Source: a virus
Taxonomy: Duplodnaviria; Caudoviricetes
DNA: 38,395 nt
IMG/VR virus record: IMGVR_UViG_3300037484_001209
Location: 1-38,395 of that record
Strand: one strand, 5' to 3'
Shown: in pieces, positions 37,008 to 38,395 of the stretch
Numbering within the stretch: the first letter of the stretch is position 1
How the letters are laid out: the number at the start of each line of letters is the position of its first letter
Made by a program: the position numbers and the translations under genes
The notes under the pieces: generated by a model
Seen by the model: the letters and a program-made list of their open reading frames with translations, nothing else
The model's database searches: none
Told to the model about the DNA's origin: nothing

Positions 37008-37793
37008 CTATTTGCAATGTTCGGATCTGTAAAAATAGCAAGGATGTCCTTCACCGTAACGTAGACAGCTAGTTCTGTTTTTGATGAAGATTTTTCTGTT
37101 GATAGCACTTAGGGGATCGTTCATCCACCTAAGAGCGTTCGCCACCTTTTTCGGTCCAGAAGTAATTCTTATTGTTTTTAGCGGTGATTTTGATTTTTGC
37201 TTTTCTATCACAACAAAATATGTCTCTATATTTTTTGGATCTATATTTTTGATTACAGAATAAAAATGTTTATAAAGCGTTAGCTGGTATTCTTTCGCTG
37301 CGTCTTTATATTTCACGAAAAAGAACGAAGATCCTGACGTTTTAAAGTCTATAATGACCACCTTGCTCCCTGTTTGTATGATGATATCAACAAACCCTTT
37401 AAACATCTGTGGCCACTTTTCGGAGGCAAGATGAAAAAGTCTTTCCTCGACAGAAAGAACTTTAAAGTCTGGGAAGTGCTTTTCTAATTCTTGTTTAATG
37501 TTCGTGAATATTTTTTCTACATTTTCTTTGTAATCTATACATTCTAACTTGTACAATGAACAAAATTTAATCCATCGTCGGTTAAATTGCTTTAATGCTT
37601 CCTGCGGGGTGATTTTATCTTGTAAAATATCTTGGACATATGCGTGAATCCATTTACCAAAAATAGTATCATGGCTGTTTGACCACGGTTTCAGCCCCAT
37701 TATTTGAGCTAAATTAAAATAATGTGGACAATAATGAAAGTCCCGCAGAGAAGAGAAAGAAATATTTTTTACTGTACGTGGTTTTTCGTTCAT
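37008..37793 (-). CDS. PD-(D/E)xK nuclease, Cas4/RecB-like (261 aa)
   Basis: SFSSL...CPH, FGKWIH, VEERL, FKGFVDII, IIDFKTS, QLTLY, and three C-terminal Cys completing a four-Cys Fe-S-type set. Confidence 0.88.
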   Translation of the reverse strand: MNEKPRTVKNISFSSLRDFHYCPHYFNLAQIMGLKPWSNSHDTIFGKWIHAYVQDILQDKITPQEALKQFNRRWIKFCSLYKLECIDYKENVEKIFTNIKQELEKHFPDFKVLSVEERLFHLASEKWPQMFKGFVDIIIQTGSKVVIIDFKTSGSSFFFVKYKDAAKEYQLTLYKHFYSVIKNIDPKNIETYFVVIEKQKSKSPLKTIRITSGPKKVANALRWMNDPLSAINRKIFIKNRTSCLRYGEGHPCYFYRSEHCK

Positions 37794-37799
37794 AGTATG

Positions 37800-38000
37800 T
37801 TAGTTTATCAGCTTGGTAAAATTGTCTGTACTTTCCATCCCTGTGCCATCCACCTGTTTGTCCACATCTGTAAATATCTTTTTTAGAATCGCATTCATTT
37901 CTCCATATTCCATTGGTTCTTCTGATGTGGAAAGGTTATAAAAAGTAAGTTCATAGTCGCCAGTTTCTGTGTCCATTGTAATTTCACATTTAATTTTCAT
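37800..38000 (-). CDS. Hypothetical acidic protein (66 aa)
   Basis: Fills the gap between neighbours in the same orientation. Confidence 0.6.
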   Translation of the reverse strand: MKIKCEITMDTETGDYELTFYNLSTSEEPMEYGEMNAILKKIFTDVDKQVDGTGMESTDNFTKLIN

Positions 38001-38006
38001 AAGCGC

Positions 38007-38393
38007 TCACTTTAAAAGTTCATTAATTTTATAGTTGTGCATGTTTTTTGTATACTGATTACTGCAAGAGCCGTACAACAGAAAGCACCATCTATTTGGA
38101 TATTGTGGGTTGACACTGTTTCCTTCCCCGTCCGTAAGCAGGAACACTGCTTTTGGATACTTTTTCAAATTGAGCTGGATATAATCTTCAATTATATTAA
38201 AATATGTTCCGCCGCCACCCTTCGGCATATCATCGGAATTGATATTATATGGATAACATTTTGTATCAAAAGTAATTGCTTTTACTTTATAATGTTTTGG
38301 CGTATTCTTCACCACAGAAATAAACAAAGATATTGCAGCTTTGTCAATAGACCCTGACGTGTCAATGGCAACAAATATTTCTTCTTTTTCTTG
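38007..38393 (-). CDS. VWA-like domain protein (DUF2201-type C-terminus), 5'-truncated by the window edge
   Basis: The frame stays open to the window end and reads QEKEEIFVAIDTSGSID (MIDAS DxSxS), then GGGGT...LLTDGEG. The 106-aa ORF in the track is only part of it. Confidence 0.85.
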   Translation of the reverse strand, partial: QEKEEIFVAIDTSGSIDKAAISLFISVVKNTPKHYKVKAITFDTKCYPYNINSDDMPKGGGGTYFNIIEDYIQLNLKKYPKAVFLLTDGEGNSVNPQYPNRWCFLLYGSCSNQYTKNMHNYKINELLK

Positions 38394-38395
38394 AT

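Noticed and set aside
77-38357. All plus-strand ORFs in the track
   Set aside because: They are short, antisense to well-supported minus-strand genes and have no recognisable motifs; they are shadow ORFs.
1-38395. Alternative genetic code or giant eukaryotic virus origin
   Set aside because: Genes are full length and tightly packed in the standard code with all three stops used. SD sites, peptidoglycan hydrolases and baseplate genes indicate a bacteriophage.

Overview
A 38.4-kb, AT-rich fragment of a large tailed phage with a contractile tail (myovirus-like Caudoviricetes). Every credible gene is on the minus strand and uses the standard code. In transcription order (right to left): (1) a partial VWA protein, a Cas4/RecB-like nuclease and small genes (36.5-38.4 kb). 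(2) A ~17.6-kb sugar-modification island (18.2-35.8 kb) with 8 glycosyltransferase genes (9 GT domains: 5 GT2, 3 GT4, 1 GT9 heptosyltransferase-like), 3 SAM methyltransferases, split HldE-type heptose kinase and nucleotidyltransferase, a cupin, a UDP-sugar dehydrogenase, an epimerase, a UDP-GlcNAc 4,6-dehydratase/reductase pair and a macrodomain, with one putative homing endonuclease inside the island and one at its upstream edge. (3) A 245-bp origin-like AT-rich spacer. (4) Two peptidoglycan hydrolases and a T4 gp55-like late sigma factor. (5) A baseplate module (gp5-like spike, gp25, gp6, a 1698-aa LamG/wedge/propeller protein, a propeller protein and a fibre protein). The most striking signal is that the four presumed peripheral virion proteins carry about 45 [S/T]-[G/A]-S tripeptides (hand count), while the core gp5/gp25/gp6 proteins carry about 1. 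Together with the heptose and glycosyltransferase island, this suggests a phage-encoded, sequon-directed O-glycosylation (possibly heptosylation) system for the virion. That link is inference. All family calls come from motif recognition by eye, not database searches.
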